From Klebsiella phage SopranoGao, in the sequence record NC_054966.1: a stretch of 61,644 bases of DNA. One strand, written 5' to 3'. The position numbers and the translations under genes were made by a program. The notes beneath the pieces are model-generated. The model saw nothing but the letters and a program-made list of their open reading frames with translations, was not told the origin of the DNA and ran no database searches. Below are positions 61,601 to 61,644 of the stretch, one piece after another (positions within the stretch are counted from its first letter, which is position 1; every line of letters starts with the position of its first letter).

Positions 61601-61644
61601 AAAGCGTCCCTGGCGGTCAGAACATTTATCCTCTTCCTCCTGTG

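Overview
This 61.6-kb window is almost entirely one temperate-phage (prophage) genome of enterobacterial type. A P4-family tyrosine integrase sits at the extreme right (60335-61600) and a ~0.9-kb non-coding, repeat-bearing segment sits at the extreme left. Minus strand, right to left (41261 down to 1051), there is one long late/morphogenesis operon. It runs terS, terL, portal, scaffold, a CsrA-like small gene, major capsid, several tail/adaptor genes and three large enzymatic receptor-binding proteins (GH5, beta-helix, alpha-helical). Next come ejection-protein-like genes and a 4369-aa giant multidomain protein (lytic transglycosylase, N6-adenine MTase, SF2 helicase, HExxH). This layout resembles the giant virion protein of Bcep22-like podophages, recalled from memory. 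The operon ends in a terminator-bounded lysis cassette (endolysin, two single-TM proteins, Rz with embedded Rz1). The early-left operon (50745 down to 43078, minus) holds a Cro-like HTH, many small genes, DUF1064, an HNH-like gene, a YdaS-like plus Rha module, an MT-A70 Dam methylase and O-like/P-like replication genes. The immunity region has divergent CI-like (50878+) and Cro-like (50745-) genes. A long plus-strand operon (51575-61600) carries about 25 small, mostly unknown accessory genes, a Lar-like Zn-ribbon, an AlpA/Xis-like gene and int. A palindromic motif GTTGC-N7-GCAAC (also an N27 variant) occurs at the CI/Cro intergenic region, just downstream of cI, and at about seven further intergenic positions. 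This suggests a dispersed operator network. The candidate novel content is a CsrA-like gene in the head module, an antisense XRE gene between terS and terL, a six-gene plus-strand island (41350-43036), an AT-rich moron island (24654-25390) and the unknown genes immediately downstream of cI. No tRNA, rRNA or CRISPR array was found.
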